64,000 nt of DNA from an uncultured Chloroflexia bacterium (GCA_963828815.1 CAWHGD010000002.1:158125-222124), one strand, 5' to 3'. Shown: positions 32,506-41,864, numbered from the stretch's first letter. Notes: generated from the letters alone by a model not told the origin. Numbers and translations are program-made.

Positions 32506-33522
32506 TTACAGCTTGGTCAACCAGGACAACCGCACCCAGCCCGCCGGGTTATCGAGCCGTGCCCACTCGCCGTTCACTTCCACCACCAGAACCCGCTGGT
32601 CTTTGGAGAGGCTGTCTATCAGCCTGGCCGTGGTTTCGTTCGGAAGATTCCTCACCCACAGATGCGATCCAAGGAAGATGTAAGGAGTTCCAGCTGGTAC
32701 CGGGGTGGTATCGATCAAGTCCTCTGCCGTTCCGGTTACCTCTCCCAGGTGCTCCATGAATGAGCTTTGGAAAACGCTCACATCCACCGGCTTGCGTTTC
32801 CAACCGAGCAGGTCACCGTAACTTCCCGGTAATAACATCCTGTCACCCGTGAATTGATGCCCGACAATATTCTCCTTGATGATTCCGGTGTCCTTGAATA
32901 TCGGGTCGTAATTTGGCAGCCATTTATCACGTAAATCCTTCCATGACATTTTCGTCGCCACGAGAGGTTGTTTCCCCCAGGCTGCAAACCAGATCTTGTA
33001 TTTTCCCAGCCAGTTCTTCATGCTGGGTGCGTAGGTGGTGATAAAGCCCCGCCCGGTGTATAAACCGGTCACAGGCCAGACCTTGACCAGGGCCTCGGCA
33101 AAAGCCTTGCAGTGACTGTCCAGTGCCCACGGCTTGAACAACGGGACATCCTTCCAGGGAAGTTTTCCCGCTCGCGCCGCCGTCCATTTTCCCCAATCTG
33201 CCCACCACTGTTCCATGTCACCCCACAGGGAGAGCACGGGCAGGCCGCTTGCCTTCAATGTCTTGCCGGCGAAAAGCGCCTGGGCATTCCCGCTATAGAT
33301 TGGATCATCCCACCAATAAGCATGCAGGCGCAGATATTTGGAATACTTGGCAACCAGAGCCCCATTCTTTAGAAAATTCGTATCCACCGAAGCAATACCC
33401 GAACCGGCCTTGAGGATCACATCCGTGACCCCCCCATCGATCAGTTCCTGGGGCTTGATCAATGCATCCCATCTACTGTGATCTGTGACCAGCACCCGAT
33501 CCGTGATGATTGTTGCAGGCAT
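32506..33522 (-). CDS. Lysozyme-like (GH25-type pattern) protein with C-terminal SH3b domain, no signal peptide
   Basis: 338-aa ORF. The order of motifs TDHSRW, VILKAGSG, LHAYWW, LWGDMEQ, IWFAAWGK and VGHQFTGD mirrors GH25 muramidases such as Cpl-1. The C-terminal WVRNLPNETTARLIDSLSKDQRVLVVEVNGEWARLDNPAGWV is SH3b-like. Confidence 0.5.
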   Translation of the reverse strand: MPATIITDRVLVTDHSRWDALIKPQELIDGGVTDVILKAGSGIASVDTNFLKNGALVAKYSKYLRLHAYWWDDPIYSGNAQALFAGKTLKASGLPVLSLWGDMEQWWADWGKWTAARAGKLPWKDVPLFKPWALDSHCKAFAEALVKVWPVTGLYTGRGFITTYAPSMKNWLGKYKIWFAAWGKQPLVATKMSWKDLRDKWLPNYDPIFKDTGIIKENIVGHQFTGDRMLLPGSYGDLLGWKRKPVDVSVFQSSFMEHLGEVTGTAEDLIDTTPVPAGTPYIFLGSHLWVRNLPNETTARLIDSLSKDQRVLVVEVNGEWARLDNPAGWVRLSWLTKL

Positions 33523-33849
33523 ATTTCCTCCTTAACCTTACTGTCAAGAGTACTGCCGGATCATCCCAAAGTTACAGTTGCACCAAGCCGAAAATAAGCG
33601 TCAAAAATTTTAATAATATCGATTGAGACGGGTTATTCGCGGGCAGGATCTGATCACCTTCCAGCATTCTCACAGGATGATCGGATTTCGACCCATGAAC
33701 AGGCAAAAATATTATAGCATAGCAACCTTGGGTTCACAGACTGCAGGATCAGTGAAACAGCAATTGTCCATGTAATACCATCCATGTATCAGTAGCACCT
33801 ATAGCAAGAATCCGGAGCCGGGTTACCCGGAATTCGTTACAATGGACGT

Positions 33850-34710
33850 ATGACAGATAACGACCGGCTTTCTGCTGATTACCTGATCGTCGAAAAAGCA
33901 ATCCGTTATTTGAATGATAATTCCCGCCTGCAGCCTGATCTACCCGCCGTGGCAGACCATGTGGGGATGAGCGAATATCATTTTCAGCGTCTTTTCACCC
34001 GTTGGGCAGGGATCAGCCCCAAACGCTTCCTGCAATTTCTCACCAAGGAAAACGCCAAGGCTTTGCTCGCCCGCACTTCCATCCGCTTCGCGGCGTATGA
34101 ATCCGGGCTATCCGGACCTGGACGCCTGCATGACCTGCTGGTGAATTGCGAAGCGGTCACTCCCGCTGAATACCGCACAAAAGGCGCGGGCCTGGATATC
34201 GTTTATGGCTTTCATCCCAGTCCCTTCGGTGAATGCCTGCTTGCGCTGACCTTGCGCGGCATTTGTTTTCTGGCATTTACCGATGGCTCGCCTCAGTCTG
34301 CCCTGGCCCAACTGAGAAGCGATTGGGCAAATTCCAGCCTGCGCGAAGACCGGGAAGCAACCCGCCAGGTGCTTGAAAAGATATTTCATCCGCTCCCATT
34401 CGCTCCACTTGCCTCATTGCAGCAGCCCATATCCCTGCACCTGCTTGGCACCAACTTCCAGATCAAAGTCTGGGAGGCGCTGCTGCGCCTGCCGGTCGGG
34501 GCTGTTACGAGTTACGGGAGGCTGGCAGAAGGGATCGGTTTGGTCAATGCAGCGCAGGCGGTGGGGAACGCGGTTGCCCGGAACCCGGTGGCCTATCTTA
34601 TCCCCTGTCATCGTGTGATCCAGTCGACAGGCGGATTTGGCGGGTATCGCTACGGAGCGGCACGCAAGCAGGCCATCCTGGGACGGGAGTGGGCGCAGCA
34701 GGAGACATGA
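33850..34710 (+). CDS. AraC-HTH / methylated-DNA-protein-cysteine methyltransferase fusion (Ada-like)
   Basis: 286-aa ORF with AraC-type HTH (MSEYHFQRLFTRWAGISPKRFLQ) and a C-terminal MGMT domain with active site LIPCHRVI. TACAAT (33838..33843) lies 6 nt before the ATG and there is no SD. Confidence 0.8.
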   Translation: MTDNDRLSADYLIVEKAIRYLNDNSRLQPDLPAVADHVGMSEYHFQRLFTRWAGISPKRFLQFLTKENAKALLARTSIRFAAYESGLSGPGRLHDLLVNCEAVTPAEYRTKGAGLDIVYGFHPSPFGECLLALTLRGICFLAFTDGSPQSALAQLRSDWANSSLREDREATRQVLEKIFHPLPFAPLASLQQPISLHLLGTNFQIKVWEALLRLPVGAVTSYGRLAEGIGLVNAAQAVGNAVARNPVAYLIPCHRVIQSTGGFGGYRYGAARKQAILGREWAQQET

Positions 34711-34769
34711 ACATCAATTCCCGGGGCAGGCACAAGTCGCCGGTGTTCTAACGGTATCTTAACCAAAAC

Positions 34770-34813
34770 TTGGTAATATTAGACCAACTAAGTCTATTAT
34801 TACCAGTTTTTTT
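34770..34813 (+). terminator. Rho-independent terminator (14-bp stem, one mismatch, + T7)
   Basis: The sequence is TTGGTAATATTAGAC-caactaa-GTCTATTATTACCAG followed by TTTTTTT (34807..34813), downstream of 33850..34710. Confidence 0.7.
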
Positions 34814-34818
34814 AATTT

Positions 34819-35817
34819 GTGGAGCTGACTATGGAACGCAAACTTAAACATATCGCCGTGCATTCCTCCGAGATCACGCCTTATGACTTGTATCTATCAA
34901 GAAGGGATTTCCTGAAAGCAGCCGGGATCGTCAGCGCGGCAGCCTTCCTGGCAGCGTGCTCGCCGACCTCCACCACCCAGGAGCCGACCGGTATTCCTGC
35001 AGGCACGGAGACAAATCCCTCGCCTATCCCGGATGATGCCAGGGGGTTAACCACCGATGAGCTGGGTGATCCTCTCAACACTTTCGATGAAATAACACAT
35101 TACAATAATTATTATGAGTTTTCCACCAGTAAGGAGGCGGTCAACCCATTATCTGCAAATTTCAAGACCACACCCTGGGCCGTGGAGGTTGGTGGCCTGG
35201 TGCAGAACCCGGGAATATTCTCCCTCGATGACCTGCTCAAGTTCGAACAGAAGGAACGCATCTACCGGATGCGCTGCGTGGAAGGCTGGAGCATGATCAT
35301 CCCGTGGACAGGATTCGAACTGGCAGGCTTGCTTAAGGAAGTCCAGCCGATGACCAGCGCGAAATATGTGCGCTTTGTTACCTTGATGGATGAGGAACGC
35401 CTACCCGCGGAAGGGAACCGGAATTACCCCTGGCCTTACAGTGAAGGTCTGCGACTCGATGAGGCCATGCATCGGCTGACGATCGTCGCTACGGGTCTCT
35501 ATGGGCAGCCGTTGCCAAATCCGAATGGCTCTCCCCTGCGGCTGGTGGTTCCATGGAAATATGGTTTCAAGGGCATCAAGGCGATCGTGAAGATCGAATT
35601 GACAGAATCAAAACCGCAGACGATGTGGAACACGATCAGCCCAAAGGAATATGGTTTTTATTCCAATGTCAATCCCGAAGTGGATCACCCGCGCTGGAGT
35701 CAGGCTAGCGAAAGGCGCATCGGTGAATTAAGCCGCCGCCCGACGTTGATGTTCAATGGCTATGCCGACGAAGTAGCCGCTTTGTATTCGGGGATGGACT
35801 TGCGTGCCAACTATTAA
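34819..35817 (+). CDS. msrP: Protein-methionine-sulfoxide reductase catalytic subunit MsrP (YedY-type molybdoenzyme)
   Basis: Tat-type signal (SRRDFLKAAGI) and an oxidoreductase molybdopterin-binding core (RMRCVEGWSMIIPWTGF). ATG 34831 (after GGAG) is the likely start; the track ORF begins at GTG 34819. Confidence 0.85.
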   Translation: MELTMERKLKHIAVHSSEITPYDLYLSRRDFLKAAGIVSAAAFLAACSPTSTTQEPTGIPAGTETNPSPIPDDARGLTTDELGDPLNTFDEITHYNNYYEFSTSKEAVNPLSANFKTTPWAVEVGGLVQNPGIFSLDDLLKFEQKERIYRMRCVEGWSMIIPWTGFELAGLLKEVQPMTSAKYVRFVTLMDEERLPAEGNRNYPWPYSEGLRLDEAMHRLTIVATGLYGQPLPNPNGSPLRLVVPWKYGFKGIKAIVKIELTESKPQTMWNTISPKEYGFYSNVNPEVDHPRWSQASERRIGELSRRPTLMFNGYADEVAALYSGMDLRANY

Positions 35818-36463
35818 TCGGGGAAAACTAACCTCCACCCTGGCGCGAATCTGCTTCCACCTGGTTTGCTGGCTGCCATTGGCATGGATTCTTTATGCCT
35901 ATTTCAGCGGCCGCCTGTCCGTCAACCCGATCCAGGATATCGAGCAGCAACTGGGTCATTTTGCCCTCTACTTCCTGTTCGCCACATTGACATGTACACC
36001 CCTCCACACTCTATTTGGGTGGCGTCAACCGCTAAAATACCGCCGCGCCCTGGGATTGTATTGCTTTCTATACGCCAGCCTGCATGTGCTGGCATTTTCC
36101 GGTCTGGATTACGGCTTCAACCTGCGGTTGATCGGCGGAATTGTCATTAAGAAACCGTATGCCATCCTGGGCTTGCTCGCGTTCGTTCTGCTGCTCCCAC
36201 TGGCGGTCACCTCTTTTCGCGGGTGGAGGCAGAGACTTGCAAGCCGGTGGACAAAAATCCACCACCTGGTTTACGTTGCCGGGATCCTTGTTGTCCTCCA
36301 CTATACCTGGGCCAGGAAAGGGGACCTTTTCTCAATGAGCGGGGATATTCAGAGACCCCTGGTTTGGGGATTGTTGTTACTGATCCTCCTGGCCTTGCGC
36401 CTGCCACCGATTCGACGCTGGGTGGGCGTTCTACGGCAAAGGTCTGCGTACCCGCCTGAATAG
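35804..36463 (+). CDS. msrQ: MsrQ (YedZ-type haem-binding membrane subunit)
   Basis: 219-aa ORF overlapping msrP by 14 nt. It has a ferric-reductase-like TM domain with conserved His (LHTLFGW, SLHVLAF, HHLVYVAGILVVLHY). Confidence 0.8.
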   Translation: MPTINRGKLTSTLARICFHLVCWLPLAWILYAYFSGRLSVNPIQDIEQQLGHFALYFLFATLTCTPLHTLFGWRQPLKYRRALGLYCFLYASLHVLAFSGLDYGFNLRLIGGIVIKKPYAILGLLAFVLLLPLAVTSFRGWRQRLASRWTKIHHLVYVAGILVVLHYTWARKGDLFSMSGDIQRPLVWGLLLLILLALRLPPIRRWVGVLRQRSAYPPE

Positions 36464-36511
36464 GTAAATCTCCCAAACTCCTCTCCAGGTGAATTCGACC
36501 TGCCTTAAGCT

Positions 36512-36529
36512 CAACTAAATGTTTTTGTT
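36512..36529. repeat. 18-bp direct repeat CAACTAAATGTTTTTGTT (left copy)
   Basis: An identical 18-mer recurs at 39027..39044. The two copies bracket both IS elements. Confidence 0.8.
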
Positions 36530-36540
36530 GTTAGGAAAAG

Positions 36541-36615
36541 TTGAAAAGTGAACTCTTGTTAACTTGAAAAGTGAACCATTGCTGGATGTGGATCAATTAA
36601 ATTTCAAAAGTGAAC
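36541..36615. repeat. Three subterminal repeats TT(G/C)AAAAGTGAAC (left end of the rve-type IS)
   Basis: Copies lie at 36541..36553, 36564..36576 and 36603..36615. The last overlaps the transposase stop region. Confidence 0.7.
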
Positions 36616-37914
36616 CCAATTTTTTGGGTAAGGTACATGGACAGAACGGACCATTTTCTGGTGAAACCAAATGCGGACTTCAAGCACATCCCTGGAAAGG
36701 TCAGGCAGAAGATGGACATCTACATGATCGCGGAGAGGCACATAAGGGACTTCGATGAATTGGCCAAACAAGGAGATCTTGCGATAGCCATCCACAAGGC
36801 GAGTACCCCGTAAGCAAAAGACGTCCTTGCTGGAGGTATATGGTTTGGGAAGAGCAAAAGGCCTGAACAGGCTATTGCCCTGGCGATGGGCTTTATCAAA
36901 GCGTATGCGTGGGATCTCGCCAGTGGTGGAATGGACCTGGGTGTTGTTATAGCGAGCGACCTCTTCTTGAAGCACAGTGCGTACCTCCTCCAGGCAGGAC
37001 AGTTTTTCGAGGGCACAGGTACGGACGATGCGGTCCTGCAGCCAACGATAGGGACGTTCCACCTTTCCCTTGGCCTGAGGGGATAGTGCATACGTGACAT
37101 CAATTTTCAATAATGCCATCATCTGGCGCCACTGGGTGGCAACATCATCGGTTTCCAGGATGTTCTTTCGCCAGACGCTGTCACGCTGTTGGACAAACCG
37201 AAATACCCGTAAATTGTCCACGTAGTAACGCAAAGGCAGTCCATACGCCTGCATAAGGGCCTGAGCCGCCTGAATATGGGCCCAGCTCGTCTCCTGGGGC
37301 ACGAAATCCGCATACAGGAGCAGGCGACTGTAATCATCGATGGAAGTGATCAGGGTCCACTTTTCGGCGGCATACGGAGACCAATGATGCAGAGAAGCAT
37401 CATGTTGGATGAGCGCACCGATCGCGGTGGTGACTACTTCCCGTGCATGAACCTTGTGTTTTCGCTGGGCTTTGTAACAGTCCAACTGCCTGGCTCGTTT
37501 GATGATGGTTGGCACGGACACTTGGATATCACTTTTGCGCAGGCGATCCCGTAGAGCAGAGTAGTTATAACTTGAGATCGGAAGGCGTTCATCTTCCACC
37601 AGCTCTTTTTCACGCAGCAGTTCTTGTTTGATCGCACACTCAGTCGTTTCACTGAGACGGGGTTGTGTGCACCGTTCGTATTGAATTGTGAAGTTATCTG
37701 GATCTTTTCGGTAATCCCTGAGCAATGCAAAGAAACGGGTTTTACCTATACCCAGGACCTCCAGGATCTCAGATCGTGCCATTTGCCCTTCGTTGTATCG
37801 CTTGTACAATAGTCTCACCTGTTCTGCGCTGAACCGTCTGTGCAGTTGATCCATTTGGGCCTCCTTCGAAAGGGTTCTCTTTTCAACTTTAAACCTTTCT
37901 CTTGCCCTTTTCAC
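36604..37914 (-). CDS. DDE/rve-domain transposase with N-terminal HTH
   Basis: 436-aa ORF with an integrase-core pattern (IQHDASLH..., SIDDYSRLLLYADF, YVDNLRVFRF, SPQAKGKVERPYRWLQDRI). Confidence 0.8.
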   Translation of the reverse strand: MKRARERFKVEKRTLSKEAQMDQLHRRFSAEQVRLLYKRYNEGQMARSEILEVLGIGKTRFFALLRDYRKDPDNFTIQYERCTQPRLSETTECAIKQELLREKELVEDERLPISSYNYSALRDRLRKSDIQVSVPTIIKRARQLDCYKAQRKHKVHAREVVTTAIGALIQHDASLHHWSPYAAEKWTLITSIDDYSRLLLYADFVPQETSWAHIQAAQALMQAYGLPLRYYVDNLRVFRFVQQRDSVWRKNILETDDVATQWRQMMALLKIDVTYALSPQAKGKVERPYRWLQDRIVRTCALEKLSCLEEVRTVLQEEVARYNNTQVHSTTGEIPRIRFDKAHRQGNSLFRPFALPKPYTSSKDVFCLRGTRLVDGYRKISLFGQFIEVPYVPLRDHVDVHLLPDLSRDVLEVRIWFHQKMVRSVHVPYPKNWVHF

Positions 37915-37953
37915 AGCAGTTCACTTTTCAACTTTAAATGGTTCACTTTTGAA
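37874..37953. repeat. Three inverted copies GTTC(A/T)CTTTT(C/G)AA (right end of the rve-type IS)
   Basis: Copies lie at 37874..37886 (degenerate, inside the transposase N-terminal codons), 37919..37931 and 37941..37953. The last abuts the IS30 left inverted repeat. Confidence 0.65.
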
Positions 37954-39020
37954 ATTGTAGATTCAACTATCAAGTGCAACTTTGAAGGCTAAAGAGAGGC
38001 AAGCTGGTGTAGGATAATGCTTCTCAGACGGCCAAGTCAAAGGAGCACTATGAGGTCCTATCACCAGCTTACCCAAGCCCAACGATACCAGATTTCTGCC
38101 CTCCGGTCACTAGGTCATACCTATGACGAGATCGCCCAAGTGGTCAGGGTCCACAAGTCCACGGTGAGCCGTGAGATTGCCCGTAATGTCAGTTACAGAG
38201 GCTATCGGCCGCTGAGTGCCCAAGCCCGAACACTGAAACGACGGCGCAAACCGGTCTATCGCATCCCTGCGAGCTTGTGGCTCCAGGTAGAAGTCCTGCT
38301 CCGGCAAGAGTGGAGCCCCGAACAGATCTCGGGCAGGCTGAAGCGTGAGCAAAAGGTCCGGATCAGCCATGAATGGATCTATCAGTATGTCTTCAAGGAT
38401 AAACACCATGGTGGCGACCTATACAAGCATCTGCGCTGCCTCAGAAAACGCCGGAAACGGTTTGGAAGGTATGACCGCCGAGGAAAACTGCCCAATATCA
38501 CGAGCATTGACGAGCGTCCTGCCATCGTGGACCGCAGACAACGTCTGGGAGACTGGGAGGTCGATACGATCCTTGGCAAGCGCCAAGGACAGGCCATGGT
38601 CACCCTGACCGAGCGAAAATCCCGCTTCACGCTGGTTTCCCTTGCGGAGCGCCAGTCGTCTGCTGCAGTTCGGACTCAGGTCTGTCGATTGTTGCTCCCT
38701 TATAAAAGCCGGGTGCACACCCTCACCTCTGACCACGGAAAGGAATTCGCCGAGCACGAGGAGATCGCAAAGACCTTAGACCTGTCCTTCTTCTTTGCCC
38801 ATCCCTACTCCGCATGGGAACGGGGCACGAATGAAAATACCAATGGACTTTTGAGACAATACTTTCCAAAGTATGCTAGTTTTCAGGACATCACGGAAAT
38901 CCAGCTGGAAAGCGTGATGCAAAAACTCAATCATCGACCTCGAAAGACGCTTGGCTTTCGTACACCTTTTGAGGTATTCTTTAACAAGTCTGTTGCACTA
39001 ACGAGTTGAATCCACAATTT
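37952..39020 (+). mobile_element. IS30-family insertion sequence (about 1.07 kb)
   Basis: It has 29-bp imperfect terminal inverted repeats. The left is AAATTGTAGATTCAACTATCAAGTGCAAC (37952..37980). The reverse complement of 38992..39020 is AAATTGTGGATTCAACTCGTTAGTGCAAC (24/29 match). No clear 2-3-bp target duplication was seen. Confidence 0.75.
38017..39009 (+). CDS. IS30-family transposase
   Basis: 330-aa ORF with HTH (YDEIAQVVRVHKSTVSREI) plus a DDE core (GDWEVDTI...LTSDHGKEFAEH...ERGTNENTNGLLRQYFPK). The likely start is ATG 38050, after AAGGAG. Confidence 0.9.
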   Translation: MLLRRPSQRSTMRSYHQLTQAQRYQISALRSLGHTYDEIAQVVRVHKSTVSREIARNVSYRGYRPLSAQARTLKRRRKPVYRIPASLWLQVEVLLRQEWSPEQISGRLKREQKVRISHEWIYQYVFKDKHHGGDLYKHLRCLRKRRKRFGRYDRRGKLPNITSIDERPAIVDRRQRLGDWEVDTILGKRQGQAMVTLTERKSRFTLVSLAERQSSAAVRTQVCRLLLPYKSRVHTLTSDHGKEFAEHEEIAKTLDLSFFFAHPYSAWERGTNENTNGLLRQYFPKYASFQDITEIQLESVMQKLNHRPRKTLGFRTPFEVFFNKSVALTS

Positions 39021-39026
39021 AAGTAA

Positions 39027-39044
39027 CAACTAAATGTTTTTGTT
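39027..39044. repeat. 18-bp direct repeat CAACTAAATGTTTTTGTT (right copy)
   Basis: Identical to 36512..36529. Confidence 0.8.
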
Positions 39045-39118
39045 TGACTCTGTCCCCAATCTGCTATAAGATAGTTAATTGAGAGAGCCCTTTATTCTTC
39101 ACTCTCAGGAGGAATTGT

Positions 39119-40438
39119 GTGAAAACCGATCCTGCTGTTTATACGCGCCCTGCGGAATTGCTCCAAAACCTGATCCGCTTCGACACCACCAACCCTCCCG
39201 GCAACGAAAGACCGTGTACCGAGTACATCAACACACTGCTCAAAGAAAACGGGATTGATACCACCCTGGTTGCAAAAACTCCCGGGCGCCCCAACCTGAT
39301 CGCGCGTTTGAAAGGCGAAGGCAAGGCTCCGCCGCTGCTGCTTTACGGGCATATGGATGTGGTCACCACGCATGGTCAGCAGTGGACCTACCCCCCATTC
39401 GAAGGCCGCCTCGTCGATGGTTACATCTGGGGCCGCGGCGCTCTGGATATGAAGCACGGCCTTGCCATGTACCTGGCTGCCTTGCTGCAAGCCAGGGCTG
39501 AGAAAATTCCTTTACCAGGGGATGTGATCTTTTGCGCGGTCACCGACGAAGAAGATGGAGGCGCGTTCGGTAGTGACTACCTGGTCAGCGAGTATGCCAC
39601 CCTGTTCCAGGATGTCCACTATGCGCTGGGTGAATTTGGCGGCTTTAACATGAACATGGGCGGCAAGCGCATCTACCCCATCATGGTGGCTGAAAAGCAG
39701 TGCTGCTGGATGAAACTCACTTTCCACGGGCGTGGAGGGCACGGCTCAATGCCGGTCCACCAGCAAGCCATGGCGAAACTCGCCCGAACCCTTCGATTAC
39801 TCGACAGGAAACACCTGACCTACCACCTGACCCCTCCAGCCCGCCTGATGATGACCAGCATCGCAGATGCCATGGGCGGAGTCCCTGGTCTCGCGATTCG
39901 GGCATTGACGGGCCGCCTGCTGGCTGAAGCGGTTCTTTCGCTGTTGGGAGAGCGTGGAAACATCTTCGCCCCGCTGCTCCACCATACCATCAGCCCGACG
40001 ATCATAAAAGCCAGTGAAAAGGTGAATGTGATCCCCTCGGAGGTCTCGCTTGCCCTGGATGGGCGTCTGCTGCCCGGTTTTTCGCCAGAGGATATGAAAA
40101 AAGAGGTTCACTCCCTGCTCGGTAATGATTTCGATCTCGAAATTATGGAGTACTCACCCGGACCCTCCGAGCCAAACATGGGATTATTTGGCACCCTCGC
40201 CGAAGTGATAAAAGGATTGGACCCGACGGGTTTCATCGTGCCCTACATGATGAGCGGTGTCACGGATGCACGCTTCTTTTCAAAGCTGGGCATCCAGACG
40301 TATGGTTTCACCCCCCTGCAGTTGCCGGAGGATTTCAGTTTCATCGAAACCATCCATGCCGCAAATGAGCGCGTTCCGGTGAAGGCAGTGGAATTTGGAG
40401 TGCGGGCGGTACTGCAGGCTCTGCAAAGATTCCACTAA
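39119..40438 (+). CDS. M20-family metallopeptidase (ArgE/DapE/CPG2-like)
   Basis: 439-aa ORF with a GTG start after AGGAGG and metal-ligand motifs (LLLYGHMDVV, GRGALDMKHG, TDEEDGG, GVTDARFF). Confidence 0.8.
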   Translation: MKTDPAVYTRPAELLQNLIRFDTTNPPGNERPCTEYINTLLKENGIDTTLVAKTPGRPNLIARLKGEGKAPPLLLYGHMDVVTTHGQQWTYPPFEGRLVDGYIWGRGALDMKHGLAMYLAALLQARAEKIPLPGDVIFCAVTDEEDGGAFGSDYLVSEYATLFQDVHYALGEFGGFNMNMGGKRIYPIMVAEKQCCWMKLTFHGRGGHGSMPVHQQAMAKLARTLRLLDRKHLTYHLTPPARLMMTSIADAMGGVPGLAIRALTGRLLAEAVLSLLGERGNIFAPLLHHTISPTIIKASEKVNVIPSEVSLALDGRLLPGFSPEDMKKEVHSLLGNDFDLEIMEYSPGPSEPNMGLFGTLAEVIKGLDPTGFIVPYMMSGVTDARFFSKLGIQTYGFTPLQLPEDFSFIETIHAANERVPVKAVEFGVRAVLQALQRFH

Positions 40439-40445
40439 GGGACCC

Positions 40446-41213
40446 ATGTACCCGACACTCGACGCCCATGCCCACCTGGACCCATCCTGCAGCCCGGATG
40501 AACTCTCCTCCACAGGCGCGGTGCTGTCGATGTGTCTCTCGCTGGAAAAGTCGGAGCGCGCGCTGGAACGATGTGATCCGCTGATTGCCTGGGGGGTAGG
40601 CTGCCATCCGCGTTTCCCGGTCTCGCAGGCGAATTTCGATTTCAAGAGGTTCTGTTCCCTCGCCATGCATACCGCCGTAATCGGAGAAGTCGGGCTGGAT
40701 ACCGGCTCGCGCGTCCCCATGGAAACGCAGACAAAGATTTTCCGGCAGGTGCTCGAATTCGTCGCCGGCACACCCCGGCTGGTAAGCATCCACAGTTTTC
40801 GAGCCGCTGCCCTAATAATAAAGGAATTGGAACGGATTCCGATCGCCGTTCCCGTTCTCCACTGGTGGACGGGGAATGTGGCGGAGACGCGCCGCGCAGT
40901 TGCGATCGGCTGCTATTTCTCCATCCATTCCGCGGTGGCTCGGCATTCGAAATTCCGCCTGCATGTTCCTCTGGAGAGAATACTTGTCGAAAGTGACCAT
41001 GGATTTTATGATCCCCCAGCTGCCATTCCCTGCCGGATCGAATGGGCTGAGCATCTCGTTGCGCAGCAATATGGATTGAATGTGAAGGATATCCGCAGGC
41101 TCTGCTGGTCAAACCTGGGCAGGATCGTCCATCTGACCCGCACCAGCAGCCTGTTTCCCGGGAAGTTGGCGGCCTTATTTTCACCTTTCAAACAATCCAC
41201 CCACCCTGCTTAA
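40446..41213 (+). CDS. TatD-family metal-dependent hydrolase
   Basis: The track ORF begins at 40395. The likely start is ATG 40446 (MYPTLDAHAHLD). GEVGLD, SIHSFRA, HWWTG and VESDHG motifs are present. Confidence 0.65.
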   Translation: MYPTLDAHAHLDPSCSPDELSSTGAVLSMCLSLEKSERALERCDPLIAWGVGCHPRFPVSQANFDFKRFCSLAMHTAVIGEVGLDTGSRVPMETQTKIFRQVLEFVAGTPRLVSIHSFRAAALIIKELERIPIAVPVLHWWTGNVAETRRAVAIGCYFSIHSAVARHSKFRLHVPLERILVESDHGFYDPPAAIPCRIEWAEHLVAQQYGLNVKDIRRLCWSNLGRIVHLTRTSSLFPGKLAALFSPFKQSTHPA

Positions 41214-41225
41214 AAGGAGAAACAA

Positions 41226-41864
41226 ATGCCCACCCTATCTGCACAGCAAGCGCTTGAAATCCTGCGTAAAGGGAGCGAGACCTTTCAGTGGTATGTCGTC
41301 CCGCTGCTCGCTTTCGTTTTTTATGTGTACACGGTCGAAGCCGAGAAACGTAATTGGACTCTCTTACTCGCCGGCCTGGCTTTCTGGGGCATGGACTGGT
41401 TCAACGAGATCTGGAATGGCCTGGTTTTCCACTTCACCAATTACGCCCCGGTCTGGGGCGCGCCTGGCAAGACCGCCTTCCTGATCCTCATCGGATTGAA
41501 CATTGAGATCATGTTCATGTTTGCCGTCTCCGGTATCATCTGGACCAAGATGCTGCTGCCCGATAAAAAGGCTAAGATATTGGGCATCCCCAACCGGGCT
41601 TTCATCGCGGTCGTTGGTGCTGCTTTCTGTGTTTTCGTGGAATACCTGCTAAATTCTGCCGGCGCCCTCACCTGGGATTATTCCTGGTGGGGTCGCAGCG
41701 CGCCGTGGCTCATCTTCCTGTTTGGTTACCTGACTTTCTTCGTGGTCGCCTTCTGGGTTTTCGATATGAAGACGATGAAGAGCAAACTCATCACCGTGGG
41801 AAGCATCTGGGCACTGGATATCCTCGCCCTGATCGTTTTTATCCCCGTGCTGCACTGGATCTAG
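41226..41864 (+). CDS. Polytopic membrane protein of unknown function
   Basis: 212-aa ORF after AAGGAG, with about 6 helices rich in Trp/Phe. Confidence 0.55.
   Translation: MPTLSAQQALEILRKGSETFQWYVVPLLAFVFYVYTVEAEKRNWTLLLAGLAFWGMDWFNEIWNGLVFHFTNYAPVWGAPGKTAFLILIGLNIEIMFMFAVSGIIWTKMLLPDKKAKILGIPNRAFIAVVGAAFCVFVEYLLNSAGALTWDYSWWGRSAPWLIFLFGYLTFFVVAFWVFDMKTMKSKLITVGSIWALDILALIVFIPVLHWI

Larger units (their letters stand above)
36530..39026 (-). mobile_element. rve/DDE-type insertion sequence (IS481/ISNCY-IS1202-like), carrying a nested IS30-family element near its transposase-proximal end
   Basis: Boundaries are inferred from the flanking 18-bp direct repeat. Both ends begin TTA.. (left GTTAGGAAAAG..., right reverse-complement TTACTTCAAAAG...). 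Both carry arrays of the (T)TGAAAAGTGAAC motif in mutually inverted orientation. The exact termini are uncertain. Confidence 0.55.

Noticed and set aside
37949-39023. An expected 2-3-bp target-site duplication of the IS30-family element.
   Set aside because: The flanks (..cttttg | and | aagtaa..) show no matching di- or trinucleotide under any of the three plausible inverted-repeat boundaries, so none is reported.
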